A DNA stretch of 64,000 nt from Corallococcus caeni (GTDB lineage: Bacteria > Myxococcota > Myxococcia > Myxococcales > Myxococcaceae), in the NCBI RefSeq assembly GCF_036245885.1, contig NZ_BTTX01000008.1; one strand, given 5' to 3'. A model generated the notes under the pieces. The model searched no databases. It was not told the DNA's origin and was given only the letters and a program-made list of their open reading frames with translations. This document shows, piece by piece, positions 36,196 to 46,566 of this stretch; within the stretch, counting starts at the first letter, position 1; each line of letters begins with the position of its first letter. The position numbers and the translations under genes were made by a program.

Positions 36196-37795
36196 CATGT
36201 TCAACGTCATCAACGTCTCCAAGGCCTACGGGCCCAAGAAACTTTTCGAGGAGGTCAACGTCGCCTTCTCGCCGGGCCGTCGCTACGGCCTGACCGGTCC
36301 GAACGGGGCCGGCAAGTCCACGTTCATGAAGATCCTCGCGGGTGACGAGGAGCAGGACATGGGCGAGATCATCCGCCCGCGGAAGCTGGGCATCCTGCGC
36401 CAGGACCACTTCCGCTACGAGAACGACCGCGTCATCGACGTGGTGCTGATGGGCAACCGCCACCTGTGGGCGGCCATGGACGAGAAGAACAAGCTCCTGG
36501 CCAAGGCCGACATCACGGAAGAGGACGGCAACCGGCTGGGTGAGCTGGAAGGCGTCATCGCGGAGGAGGACGGCTATTCAGCGGAGAGCGACGCGGCCAC
36601 GCTGCTGGCGGGCCTGGGCATCGAGGAGTCCTTCCACGAAGAGCCCATGCGCCAGCTCACCGGCGGCCTGAAGCTGCGCGTGTTGCTCGCGCAGGCGCTG
36701 TTCGGCAAGCCGGAAGGACTGCTGCTGGACGAGCCCACGAACAACCTGGACATCGACTCCATCCGCTGGCTGGAGAACTTCCTCCATGCGTACGAGGGCG
36801 TGCTGATCACCATCAGCCACGACCGGCACTTCCTGAACTCCATCTGCACGCACATCGCGGACATCGATTACGAGACCATCATCCAGTACACGGGTGGTTA
36901 CGACGACATGGTCCGGCAGAAGTCGCAGCTGCGGACCCGGGTCGAGTCCGAGACGGCGGAGAAGAAGAAGAAGATCGCCCAGCTGCAGGACTTCGTGGCG
37001 CGCTTCCACGCGGGCACGCGCGCGTCGCAGGTGCAGAGCCGCATCAAGCAGATCGACAAGCTGAAGACGGAGGACCTGAAGCGCTCGAACATCGCGCGGC
37101 CGTTCATCCGGTTCGACCAGAAGGTGGTCAGCGGCCGTCAGACGCTGATGTTCGAGGGCCTGAAGAAGTCCTTCGACGGGGTGCCGGTCATCAAGCCGTT
37201 CAAGGGGCTGGTCTGCAAGGGCGAGCGCATCTGCGTCATCGGCCGCAACGCGGTGGGCAAGTCCACGCTGGTGAAGATGCTGGCGGGGCAGCTGGAGCCG
37301 GACGCGGGCACCATCACCTGGGGTCACCAGGCGACGGTGGGCTACCTGCCGCAGGACCACCACGGCGTCATCCACAAGGGCACGACGTGCTTCGGCTACC
37401 TCCGGGAGATCAGCGAGAAGCTGACCAACGAGGAGATTTCCGGCGTGCTGGGCCGGATGCTCTTCTCCGGTGAGGAGCGGATGAAGCCCACGGACACGCT
37501 GTCCGGTGGTGAGACGGTGCGCGTGCTGTTGTCCAAGCTGATGATCATGCAGGACAACGTGCTCATCCTGGACGAGCCGACGAACCACCTGGACCTGGAG
37601 TCCATCGCGGCGCTGGCGGAAGGCCTGTCGAAGTTCGAAGGCACGGTCATCTGCGTGACGCACGACCAGGAGCTCATCTCCGAGGTCGCGACCCGCATCT
37701 GGAGCCTGGAGCAGGGCAAGGAAGTGCTCGACTTCAACGGCCCGTATTCGGAGTTCATGGAGAAGCACGCGGACGCGGCGCAGAAGCGCCGGTAG
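36196..37795 (+). CDS. ABC-F family ATPase (EttA/YbiT-like translation factor), two ABC cassettes
   Basis: The ATG at 36196 gives two Walker A sites (GPNGAGKST; GRNAVGKST), two LSGG signatures, and a linker with a charged helix. No TM domain. Confidence 0.9.
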
Positions 37796-37824
37796 TCAGC
37801 ACAGGCTCACAGCAAGGCAGTGCC

Positions 37825-37869
37825 AAACGCCGCCCGTTTCCGGTCCTCCGGAAGCGAGGCGGCGTTTTC
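37825..37869 (+). terminator. intrinsic terminator (10-bp GC stem aaacgccgcc/ggcggcgttt followed by TTTTCG) after the ABC-F gene; also copy 1 of a ~60-nt repeat
   Basis: aaacgccgcccgtttccggtcctccggaagcgaggcggcgttttcg. A related copy lies at ~47262-47330. Confidence 0.6.
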
Positions 37870-37978
37870 GTGGGCTGTCCATCCCTCTTCCGGGTGATGT
37901 CCCTTTCGTGGGGAATGGGCCAGAACCTGGGGTGCCAGGTCGTCCCACCCATGACGACCCGGGGGGGCGAAGACATTC

Positions 37979-40900
37979 ATGACTCCGCACGACTCGGTCC
38001 TGCTGAAAGAGCTTCAGCGGCAACGCACCCGGTTGCTGGATTTGAGCGCAACCAACCGGCTCCTCCACTTCAAGCACACGGCCAGGACGTCGCTGCGAAT
38101 CGTGGATGAACTTCCAGGTGTCGTCTTCGAGCGGCTGAGCAACCACCGCGCGCTCACGTTCCTCCCGGTGACGCCACCGGAGCAGGACTCCGAGGAACAG
38201 GAGGACTTCGACCCCGCCGCCGCGACCGTGGTGTTCTCGATGACCGAGGAGGTCCCCAGCAAGGACGCCCGGCAGAAGCTGCTGCTTCAACAGGCGAAGC
38301 GGCTGGGCATCGACACCCGGTATGAGCTGCCCAAGGCGGCCCCCACGGAGAGCGGCACCCCTCCTCGCAAGCATCAGGACCGCCACCTGCAGACGTTGTA
38401 CTTCCCGGAGGATCTGGAGGGCCACCTGCACCGCCTCCAGGGGCTCGCGCAGACAGCCATCCAGGAGACCGGAGCCAACCTGCTCCACTTCGTCTTCGGG
38501 TTCCTGCGCTGGTACGAGTCTGGTGATACCCGGCAGGAGAAGCCGCGCAGCGCACCGCTCGTGCTCATGCCGGTGAGTCTCAAGCGCGGCCAGGCCCACC
38601 CTGACACCCAGGTACACGCTTACGAGGTCGACTACAACGAAGGCGAGTCCATCGAACTGAACCTCACGCTCCAGGAGAAGCTGAGGCAGGAGTTCGGCAT
38701 CACGCTGCCGACCTTCTCCGCCGAGGAAGGCCTGGAGGCGTACTTCGACAAGGTGACGGCGCTGCTCAAGGGCCTGCGCCCCGGGTGGGGGCTGGAGCGG
38801 CAGGTCACGCTGACACTGCTGTCCTTCGGGCGGCTCCTGATGTGGCGGGACCTGGAGCCCACCCGATGGCCGCAGAACAGTTCCCCGCTGGCCAACCCGC
38901 TCGTTCGCACGCTGATGGGAGGACAGGCGCAGGCGAATGAACCGGGAGGAGGCGCAGGAGGCGGAGGCGGCCTCAGGGAACGCCGAAGCGAGGTCTACGA
39001 CCTGGACTCGCCGGAGCTGAATCCTCCACCCCTCATCACGGACGCGGACAGCAGTCAGCACAGCGTGCTGGTGGACGTGCTCCGGGGTGAGAACCTGGTG
39101 GTGCAGGGACCGCCCGGCACCGGGAAGTCACAGACCATCACCAACCTCATCGGAGCGGCGCTGGCGGCGGGCAAGACCGTGCTGTTCGTCACGCAGAAGC
39201 TGGCGGCGCTGGAGGTCGTCTCACGCCGCCTCCAGCAGGCGGGGCTGGGTGAGTTCTGCCTGGAGCTGCACAGCCACAAGACCCAGAAGCAGCAGTTCAT
39301 GGAGGACCTGCGGCGAAGGCTCAACCTGGACGCAGGCGCGAGCGCTCCCCGGCCGCTCACCGAACAGGTCTCGAGCGCCGCAGGCATCCTGCGCGCGCAT
39401 ACCGAGCGGATGCACAAGCCATTCGGGGCGCTCGGCATGTCACCGCACGACGTGTTCTGGAAGGTCAGTCGCGCGGAGGCGGAGCTGGGAGAAGCAGTCG
39501 TCGAGTTGGAGGGCCTGCGCTTCGAGGGTGCGGAGACCATGTCCTCCACGGCGCTGGCGGAGGTCCGCGACACGGTTCGGGGCCTCGCTGCGCAGTTGGG
39601 GGACGTTCGCCGCGTCGCTCCCCTCCTCTGTGCCCACCCCTGGGCGGGGGTGACGAACGACGCGCTGACGGACAAGGACCGCCAGACACTCGTTCAACGG
39701 ATCTCGGCCTGGGAAGAGTCCACGCTGCTCCTGGAGAAGGCGCTGGCTGCGTTCACAGCCCGAACTGGCGTCACCCCCAGATCGAGCGTGCTTGCGGCGG
39801 ATACCCTGGTTTCCAACGTCCGGGTCCTTCCGCCCCTCCCGGAGGGGGCTCCTCCAGAGCTGATCCCTACCCTGCTTGATGCCACGCAGCGCGAGGGATT
39901 GCGCGCCCTGCTCGATGCCATCGAGTCGGTCCAGGCGCGGTGGGCGGGGCTGGAGGCGGGCTGGCGTGCCCGGGAGGATCTGACCGTACCCGCCGTGCGT
40001 GACGCGCAAGCCATCCTCGACACGGCCCTGCGCCTGCTTTCGCCAGACACCACGCTCGTCACGCTGACACGCGCGCATGAAGCGGTGGATGCAGCAGCCC
40101 GGGCCCTGGCACAGGGACGCCGGTTCATCGCCGCCGTGGCCTCATGCCTGGAGGTGGACGTCACGCCCTGGACGCCCCAGCAGCTCCAGACGTTTGTCCG
40201 CGTCGTCGAAGCGATGGCGGTCCTGGATGACGCCGCCCTGGAGTGGCGGGACGCGCGTTGGGTCGAGCGCGAGGCCGAGGAGTTGCTTCGGAAGGCCGGC
40301 AGCACCTGCTCGGAGCTGAAGGACCAGGCGCGAGCGCTCGCGGTGCGCTTCATGCCCGAACTCGTTCCTCCGCTCACGACGCTCAAGGCACATGCCGTCG
40401 CGGTTTCGACCGCGCCCTTCATCCCCTGGCTCTCGGGTGCATGGCGTGCGGCGAGGCGGGACTTCCAGGCCATGTCCCACGGCGTCCGTCCGACGCGGCC
40501 CGTGTTGCTCCAGGGTTACACCGACCTGCTGGCGCACCACGCGGCGCGGGAGCGATTCCACGAGGACGCGACCTTGAAAGCGACCCTGGGCGCTCGCTTC
40601 CAGGGAGTCGATACGCGTTTCGACCGGATTCTTTCGTGGTTGGACGCCTACCGGAACGTCGATGCATTGCTCCTTTCGCTGGGAGAGCGAGGGGCGGAAC
40701 TCCGCCGCGCGGTGTTGGAGCGGCCGGCGAGCCATTGGCAGGAGGCCCTGGCGAAGACCCGCGTGTGGAGTGACGAGTTGCTCCAGGCCCGCGACGTGAG
40801 CACTACCGTGCAGGAAGCCGCGACGCGCATGGGTCTGCCGCACGCACCCTGGAATACCGAACCCTGCGGCAAGGCCCAGGACAGCCTCGACGCCTTGCTG

Positions 40901-43183
40901 AAGCACCTGGGTGAGGTCCTGAGCTGGGCACGGAAGGGAGATGCCCCGCCGTCCTTGACCCTTTCCCAGCTCCAGGGACAGCTGCGCCGGGTGCGCGACG
41001 CCTGCGAAGCCGAGGACCGGCTGGAAGCGCATGCCCCGGCGGCGGGATTACCAGGGATTGAATACCGGGGTCGGAAGACGTCCCTCGCGGGCCCTCGAAG
41101 CGCCCTGCGCCATGTCGACGTCCTCTTCGCGGCGCCACTGCCCGAGGGGCTGGTGGAGTGGCTGCTGAGGAAGGACACGCCACGGAGGCACGCGGACCTG
41201 CTCACCGCCACGCATGACGTGGAGGTAGCTCTCACCGCCTATAGCCAGTCCGCCAGTCAGGCCTGGGAGCTGGGAAGGATGGCACCCGGCACCTGGGAGG
41301 AACCCGCCGCCGAGAAGCCACTCCAGGCGACGGTCATGCGCCTGCGCCAGGCTCGAAGCCAGTCCGCGACGCTCGCGGCCTGGTGCGCGTACCAACGGCA
41401 GAGGCGCGCCGTCGCGCGAGCGCGGAGCACCCTGGGGTTCCTGGAGCGCGTCGACACCCGTCCTGGCCTGAAGCCTGAGAGGTTGGTCACGGCCTTTGAC
41501 GCCGTCTTCTTCCGCTCCCTGGCGGAAGCCATCCTGCGAGACCAGCCGGAGCTCGATCAATTCACGGGCGCGGTTCACGCCTCCCAGCGTGAGGAGTTCG
41601 CCCGCCTGGACACGCATTGCATCGCAAAGCAGGGCCGATACCTGGCGCGTCAACTCAGTCAGCGTCCGGTTCCTCCCGGCGTGTCGTCGGCAAAGGTTGC
41701 GGGCATGACGGAGACGCATCTCCTGCGGCACGAGCTGGGCAAGAAGCAGCGGCACCTCCCAATTCGCGAGCTGGTGGCACGCGCCGGCAGTGCACTCCAG
41801 ACGTTGATGCCCTGCTTCATGATGGGGCCGCAGTCCGTCGCCCAATACCTGCCCGCCGGGCAGCTGACCTTCGACCTGGTCGTGATGGACGAGGCCAGCC
41901 AGATGCGTCCCGAGGACGCGCTGGGAGCCATTGCCCGAGGTCGGCAATTGGTGGTGGTGGGCGACCCGGAGCAGCTTCCTCCCACCAGCTTCTTCGCGCA
42001 GGTGGAGCAGGAGGACGTCGAAACCGAGGGCGAAGCGGGAGACGAGGTCCAGGGTCCATCCTTCCTGGAGGACTCGGAGAGCATCCTCACGGCGGCGGCG
42101 GAACGGTTTCCCATGCGCATGTTGCGTTGGCATTACCGGTCCCGCCACCCCTCGCTCATCGCCTTCAGCAACCGCGAGTTCTACAACGGCGACCTCATCA
42201 CCTTCCCCGCGCCCGGCGAGCAGTTGGACGGGCTGGGCCTCCACTTCCACCGCGTGGAGCAGGGATTGTACGAGTCCAACCGGAACGTTCCCGAGGCCCG
42301 CGAGGTGCTGGCGGCGGTGAAGGCGCATGCGCGTACGCGCCCGGAGCAGAGCCTGCTGGTCGTCACGTTGAACTCGAAGCAGCGAGAGCTCATCGACGAC
42401 CTGGTGACCGCCGAGGAGAAGAACGACGCGGCCCTCCGGGCCTTCCTGGCGAAGTGGGAGAAGTCCCCCATGCCCTTCGACGTGAAGAACCTGGAGAACG
42501 TCCAGGGCGACGAGCGCGACGCCATCTTCGTGTCGGTCACGTTCGGTCCCGACAAGAACGAGCGCTTCCGGATGAACTTCGGGCCCATCAATCAAGCGGA
42601 CGGGTACCGCCGGCTGAACGTCCTCTTCACGCGGGCGCGGTGCGCGCTGACGGTGTTCGCGTCCTTCGACCCGTCGGAGCTCAAGGTCCAGGAAAGCAGT
42701 CCCCGCGGGATGCGCGTCCTGCAGCGATACCTGTCCGAAGCCAAGGGAGAGAAGGTGGCGCACGGCGTGGGCAGCGGTCGGCCACCCGACTCCGACTTCG
42801 AGATTGCCGTCGCGAAGGCGCTCGTCGCGCGGGGATTCGAAGTGGTCCCGCAGGTGGGCGTCGCGGGTTATTTCATCGACATGGCCCTGCGGCATCCTCG
42901 GCAACCGGGCCGTTACGTCCTTGGCGTCGAGTGTGACGGAGAGAGGTATCACTCGTCACGTTCCGCCCGGGACCGGGACCGCCTCCGGGATCAGGTGCTG
43001 AAGGGCCTGGGATGGAGGCTGCACCGCATCTGGTCCACGGACTGGTTCCGCTCGCCATCGGAAGAGGTCGCCCGGATCGTCGCGCACGTTGAAGAGGTGC
43101 TTCGGGAAGAGGCGGCGGAGCTGCCGGCCGTGGTGCGCGAGGAGCCCGCGGCGGAGAACCAGATGCGCGCCGTCAGCGCCTGA
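37979..43183 (+). CDS. 1734-aa DNA helicase-related protein: DUF4011-like N-terminus, Upf1-like SF1 helicase core (AAA_11/AAA_12), DUF3320, and a C-terminal DUF559 (Vsr/restriction-endonuclease-like) nuclease
   Basis: Motif I VVQGPPGTGKSQTITNLIGAALAAGKTVLFVTQ, motif II LVVMDEASQ, VVVGDPEQLPPT, YRSRHPSLIAFSNREFYNGDL, and a C-terminal VPQVGVAGYFIDMALRHPRQPGRYVLGVECDGERYHSSRSARDRDRLRDQVLKGLGWRLHRIW (PD-(D/E)xK Vsr-like). GC is lower than the core by eye. Confidence 0.85.
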   Translation: MTPHDSVLLKELQRQRTRLLDLSATNRLLHFKHTARTSLRIVDELPGVVFERLSNHRALTFLPVTPPEQDSEEQEDFDPAAATVVFSMTEEVPSKDARQKLLLQQAKRLGIDTRYELPKAAPTESGTPPRKHQDRHLQTLYFPEDLEGHLHRLQGLAQTAIQETGANLLHFVFGFLRWYESGDTRQEKPRSAPLVLMPVSLKRGQAHPDTQVHAYEVDYNEGESIELNLTLQEKLRQEFGITLPTFSAEEGLEAYFDKVTALLKGLRPGWGLERQVTLTLLSFGRLLMWRDLEPTRWPQNSSPLANPLVRTLMGGQAQANEPGGGAGGGGGLRERRSEVYDLDSPELNPPPLITDADSSQHSVLVDVLRGENLVVQGPPGTGKSQTITNLIGAALAAGKTVLFVTQKLAALEVVSRRLQQAGLGEFCLELHSHKTQKQQFMEDLRRRLNLDAGASAPRPLTEQVSSAAGILRAHTERMHKPFGALGMSPHDVFWKVSRAEAELGEAVVELEGLRFEGAETMSSTALAEVRDTVRGLAAQLGDVRRVAPLLCAHPWAGVTNDALTDKDRQTLVQRISAWEESTLLLEKALAAFTARTGVTPRSSVLAADTLVSNVRVLPPLPEGAPPELIPTLLDATQREGLRALLDAIESVQARWAGLEAGWRAREDLTVPAVRDAQAILDTALRLLSPDTTLVTLTRAHEAVDAAARALAQGRRFIAAVASCLEVDVTPWTPQQLQTFVRVVEAMAVLDDAALEWRDARWVEREAEELLRKAGSTCSELKDQARALAVRFMPELVPPLTTLKAHAVAVSTAPFIPWLSGAWRAARRDFQAMSHGVRPTRPVLLQGYTDLLAHHAARERFHEDATLKATLGARFQGVDTRFDRILSWLDAYRNVDALLLSLGERGAELRRAVLERPASHWQEALAKTRVWSDELLQARDVSTTVQEAATRMGLPHAPWNTEPCGKAQDSLDALLKHLGEVLSWARKGDAPPSLTLSQLQGQLRRVRDACEAEDRLEAHAPAAGLPGIEYRGRKTSLAGPRSALRHVDVLFAAPLPEGLVEWLLRKDTPRRHADLLTATHDVEVALTAYSQSASQAWELGRMAPGTWEEPAAEKPLQATVMRLRQARSQSATLAAWCAYQRQRRAVARARSTLGFLERVDTRPGLKPERLVTAFDAVFFRSLAEAILRDQPELDQFTGAVHASQREEFARLDTHCIAKQGRYLARQLSQRPVPPGVSSAKVAGMTETHLLRHELGKKQRHLPIRELVARAGSALQTLMPCFMMGPQSVAQYLPAGQLTFDLVVMDEASQMRPEDALGAIARGRQLVVVGDPEQLPPTSFFAQVEQEDVETEGEAGDEVQGPSFLEDSESILTAAAERFPMRMLRWHYRSRHPSLIAFSNREFYNGDLITFPAPGEQLDGLGLHFHRVEQGLYESNRNVPEAREVLAAVKAHARTRPEQSLLVVTLNSKQRELIDDLVTAEEKNDAALRAFLAKWEKSPMPFDVKNLENVQGDERDAIFVSVTFGPDKNERFRMNFGPINQADGYRRLNVLFTRARCALTVFASFDPSELKVQESSPRGMRVLQRYLSEAKGEKVAHGVGSGRPPDSDFEIAVAKALVARGFEVVPQVGVAGYFIDMALRHPRQPGRYVLGVECDGERYHSSRSARDRDRLRDQVLKGLGWRLHRIWSTDWFRSPSEEVARIVAHVEEVLREEAAELPAVVREEPAAENQMRAVSA

Positions 43184-43196
43184 ACAGGAGACAACC

Positions 43197-44762
43197 ATGA
43201 CCACGATGATTGCCGTTGGACTGGGCGTATTGAGTCTGTTGCTCCTCGGGTTGTGGTTCCAGACACGAAGTCGGCTCAAGGCCGTCCAGGAGCGCTTCAA
43301 GCCCATCCTGGACCTGGAGGCCGAACGGCGGCGGGTGGCCGAGGAGTTGACGCGGGCGCGCACGGACGCGGACGCTGCGCTGGCCGCGGAGCAGAAGCGG
43401 GTCCGCGAAGAGTTGGCGAAAGCCAGGAGCGAGGCGGACAACGCGCTGGCGGCGGAGCAGAAGCGGGTGGAAACCCAGCTGGCCCGGGCCAAGGCGGACG
43501 TGGAGCAAGCCATCACGGCCGAACAGGGCCGGGCGAAGGCGGAGCTGAGCCGGATCCGTGAAGAGACGGCGAAGACAACCCAGAGCGCGACACGCGCCAT
43601 GGAAGAGGCGGAAGCGCGGCGAAAGCAGGCGAACACCGAGCGAACCAGCCTGGAGTCAGGCCTCGCCCGGTTGAAGGCCGAGCTGAAGGCCCTTGAGGAA
43701 GAGGAGGTCCTGCTCTCCTTTGGCTTCTACAAGCCGGTGTACGCCCTCTCGTCCGTGAAGGAATACGAGGACCGCCTGGAGAGGCTCCGCGATTCTCAGA
43801 AACAGATGCTGAAGAACAAGGAAGCCGCCACGTGCTCTCTCCAGTGGGAGGTCAATGGCAGCAAGGCGGAGGGCAAGAAGCAGACGGACCGTACCTTGAA
43901 GCTGATGCTCCGGGCCTTCAATGGCGAAGCGGATGCGTGTGTCGCGAAGGTTTCGTACAAGAACGTGAAGGCAATGGAGACGCGCATCGAGAAGGCAGCT
44001 GCCGCCATAAATGGCCTTGTGGAGATACAGCGGTGTGTCATCGACAGGCGCTACGTCAAGCTCAAGGTCGAGGAGCTGATGCTCGCATATGAGCACTCGG
44101 AGAAGGTGCAACAGGAGCGGGACGAACAGCGCCGCATCCGGGAGCAGATGCGAGAGGAGGAGGCCGCCCAGCGCGAGCTGGAGAAGGCGAAGCTGGAGGC
44201 GGAGCGCGAGTCGAAGCGTGACGCCGAGGCCCTGGCGAAGGCGAAGGCGGACTACGATCGGGCAAAGGGCTCCGAGCAGCAGAAGTTGCTGGAACGCATC
44301 GCCGAGCTGGAGCGCCGCGTGGCCGAAGACCTGGAGAAGCAGCGAGCCATCTCCCAGGCACAGCTCACGCGGACAGGGCACGTCTACGTCATCTCCAACA
44401 TCGGCTCCTTCGGGGAGGGCGTCTACAAGCTGGGGATGACGAGGAGGCTCGTGCCCCAGGACCGCATCGACGAGCTGGGGGATGCATCCGTGCCCTTCGA
44501 GTTCGACGTCCACGCCATCATCCGGACCTCGGATGCCCCGGCCCTGGAGAACGCACTCCACAAGACGTTCGCGAACAGGCGCGTCAACCGCATCAATGAG
44601 CGCAAGGAGTTCTTCCGCGTCAGCCTGGATGAGATCGCCCAGGCCGTGCGAAAGCACCACGGGGAGTTCGAGCTGACCCAGCTTGCTGAGGCCGCGGAGT
44701 ACCGTAAGACCTTGGCGCTCCAAGAGGAGGAGCAGGGCGGTCGACGCGAGCGGGCCGCTTGA
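43197..44762 (+). CDS. membrane-anchored DUF4041-like coiled-coil protein with a C-terminal T5orf172 (Mug113/GIY-YIG-like) nuclease domain
   Basis: An AGGAG RBS precedes the ATG at 43197. N-terminal TM helix (MTTMIAVGLGVLSLLLLGLWF), a long E/R/A/K coiled-coil, and a C-terminus GHVYVISNIGSFGEGVYKLGMTRRLVPQDRIDELGD...FEFDVHAIIRTSDAPALENALHKTFANRRVN typical of T5orf172. It starts 14 nt after the helicase stop. Confidence 0.8.
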   Translation: MTTMIAVGLGVLSLLLLGLWFQTRSRLKAVQERFKPILDLEAERRRVAEELTRARTDADAALAAEQKRVREELAKARSEADNALAAEQKRVETQLARAKADVEQAITAEQGRAKAELSRIREETAKTTQSATRAMEEAEARRKQANTERTSLESGLARLKAELKALEEEEVLLSFGFYKPVYALSSVKEYEDRLERLRDSQKQMLKNKEAATCSLQWEVNGSKAEGKKQTDRTLKLMLRAFNGEADACVAKVSYKNVKAMETRIEKAAAAINGLVEIQRCVIDRRYVKLKVEELMLAYEHSEKVQQERDEQRRIREQMREEEAAQRELEKAKLEAERESKRDAEALAKAKADYDRAKGSEQQKLLERIAELERRVAEDLEKQRAISQAQLTRTGHVYVISNIGSFGEGVYKLGMTRRLVPQDRIDELGDASVPFEFDVHAIIRTSDAPALENALHKTFANRRVNRINERKEFFRVSLDEIAQAVRKHHGEFELTQLAEAAEYRKTLALQEEEQGGRRERAA

Positions 44763-44802
44763 ACTCGAACCTGCCTGCGCTTCTGATAGCGTTCGCCTCC
44801 CG

Positions 44803-46560
44803 ATGAGTTCCTACCCGTTCCTGCATCCGAAGGATGCGCTCCCAAATGCTGTCATTGCTGCCTCTAAAAACCGGAAAATCGCGTTTCTAGTGGGCTCTCC
44901 CTTGTCGACGCAGGAACGAGCCGACGCCCCTCAGGTTCCTGGGGTGGATGCGATGTTGGATCTCATCCGCGAGTACGTTCCGGCCGGATTCCAAGCGAAA
45001 TTCGACACGGAGCGCGAGTACACCAAAGAAAACAAATACCAATGGGCCATGCGCTTCGTGCAAGGCCTTGGTGACAAGGATGTCTCCGAGAAGGTTGTTC
45101 GGGAGGCGGTGCTTCGCGCACGGGTGGACCGCCAACGCGATGGAGCGGCGACCGACGACCAGCTGGATCTGGACCATGGCGGATGGGCCTTGCCGCCCGC
45201 GACGGAGCACCTCGGTAGATTGCTGGTGGAAAGAGCTGAGACGTTTGGTCCTGTCTTGACCACGAACTTTGATCCTCTCATCTCGGCATCGGTGAAGGTG
45301 GCTGGCGGCGATTTCCATCGCACCATCGTGGCCAGCGACATCCCGTTCGGGCAGACAGTCCCCGCCTCATCCAAATCCACACACATCATCCATCTTCACG
45401 GCTACTGGCACCGTTCGCCTACGTTACACACGGGTATCCAGCTTGGTCGCGAGCGCAGACACGTCTCCGCAGAGCTGATCCAGATTCTTCAAGACCACAC
45501 GCTGGTCGTGATCGGGTACGGCGGGTGGGATGACGTCTTCACCCAGACCCTCGCAACCATTGACATCGACCGACACAAGGACGTCGACATCCTCTGGGGG
45601 TTCTACGGAGAAGAAGACGCCGTGATTGAGGCCCGCAATCCAAATCTCTTCAGCAGAGTCGCCAATCTGAGAGGTAGCAAAGGGCTTCGCTGCTATGGCG
45701 GAATCGACTGCCATAAGTTCTTCCCCGACCTGCGGAAACAATTTGGCGCGGCCAGCGCCCAGCTCTCGAACCCTCGAACCGCGGGCCAACCGACACCGCC
45801 ACCCTCCACGCGATCCGACACAAGCGCCAAAGCCACGGTGCAGACTGCGCCGACGTCGCACAGCCCCCCGAAACCTCCTGAGCCCGCGCCACCCGTGCCG
45901 GCTGGCTCAACGCCAGCGCCGAGCACCGCGACTGTCACGGTCTCCCCAGTCATCACGGTCTCTCCTGTCATCCAAGTCCCAGCACCGCCTGTTACACCGA
46001 GTCGTTCGGGCTCCAGTCGGCTCGCGGTCGTCATCGCGGGAGGGGTGATCGCAGGGGGGATTGCCGTGGTCTCGCAGCGACCTGAAAGCGGCAAGGGATC
46101 ACCACCGCTGACGGATGTGCGTCCCATCGAGCAGCCACCTTCCGCCTTCGTGCCCATCGCTCCAGGTGCACAGATCAGGTCTGTGCGCCAGCAGCACCAG
46201 GTCGTGCCTGCGTCAGAATCCGAGCGTGGATCGCGGATCGCTCAGCTTCCGAGAGGTCGCTACGCCTTCCTTCGGCTGGATTCGATTCCGACCTACAACG
46301 CCAACACTCCGACCTACGGGAACCTGCCAGACGGAATCGAGGTTCACCGTGTACGAGCCACTGGCGAACTCTTCCTCGTTGGCTATGCCGAACCTCAAAC
46401 CGTTACGGCGCTCGCATCTACAACCCCCGCGCCCATCGTTCTCGCGGCCACGCCAGGAGGACGGCGCACCCAGGTTGCGAGCGTTCCTGTGATCAGGATG
46501 TCAACGGCCGAAGTGCGGATGGACAAAAGCACCCGCGTTCTCGTGCTTCAACTCAACTAA
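44803..46560 (+). CDS. SIR2_2-type (Sir2-like NADase fold) domain protein with a TM segment and a Pro-rich C-terminal region
   Basis: SIR2_2 hallmarks IAFLVGSPLS, VLTTNFDPLIS, IIHLHGYW and LVVIGYGGWDD. A TM helix (LAVVIAGGVIAGGIAVV) follows. GC is markedly lower (~58% by eye) with atypical codons (aaa, gat, ttg). Confidence 0.75.
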   Translation: MSSYPFLHPKDALPNAVIAASKNRKIAFLVGSPLSTQERADAPQVPGVDAMLDLIREYVPAGFQAKFDTEREYTKENKYQWAMRFVQGLGDKDVSEKVVREAVLRARVDRQRDGAATDDQLDLDHGGWALPPATEHLGRLLVERAETFGPVLTTNFDPLISASVKVAGGDFHRTIVASDIPFGQTVPASSKSTHIIHLHGYWHRSPTLHTGIQLGRERRHVSAELIQILQDHTLVVIGYGGWDDVFTQTLATIDIDRHKDVDILWGFYGEEDAVIEARNPNLFSRVANLRGSKGLRCYGGIDCHKFFPDLRKQFGAASAQLSNPRTAGQPTPPPSTRSDTSAKATVQTAPTSHSPPKPPEPAPPVPAGSTPAPSTATVTVSPVITVSPVIQVPAPPVTPSRSGSSRLAVVIAGGVIAGGIAVVSQRPESGKGSPPLTDVRPIEQPPSAFVPIAPGAQIRSVRQQHQVVPASESERGSRIAQLPRGRYAFLRLDSIPTYNANTPTYGNLPDGIEVHRVRATGELFLVGYAEPQTVTALASTTPAPIVLAATPGGRRTQVASVPVIRMSTAEVRMDKSTRVLVLQLN

Positions 46561-46566
46561 AAGACA

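Noticed and set aside
37796-39061. 421-aa minus-strand ORF overlapping the helicase 5' end
   Set aside because: Antisense to a helicase N-terminus with good coding statistics. No motifs.
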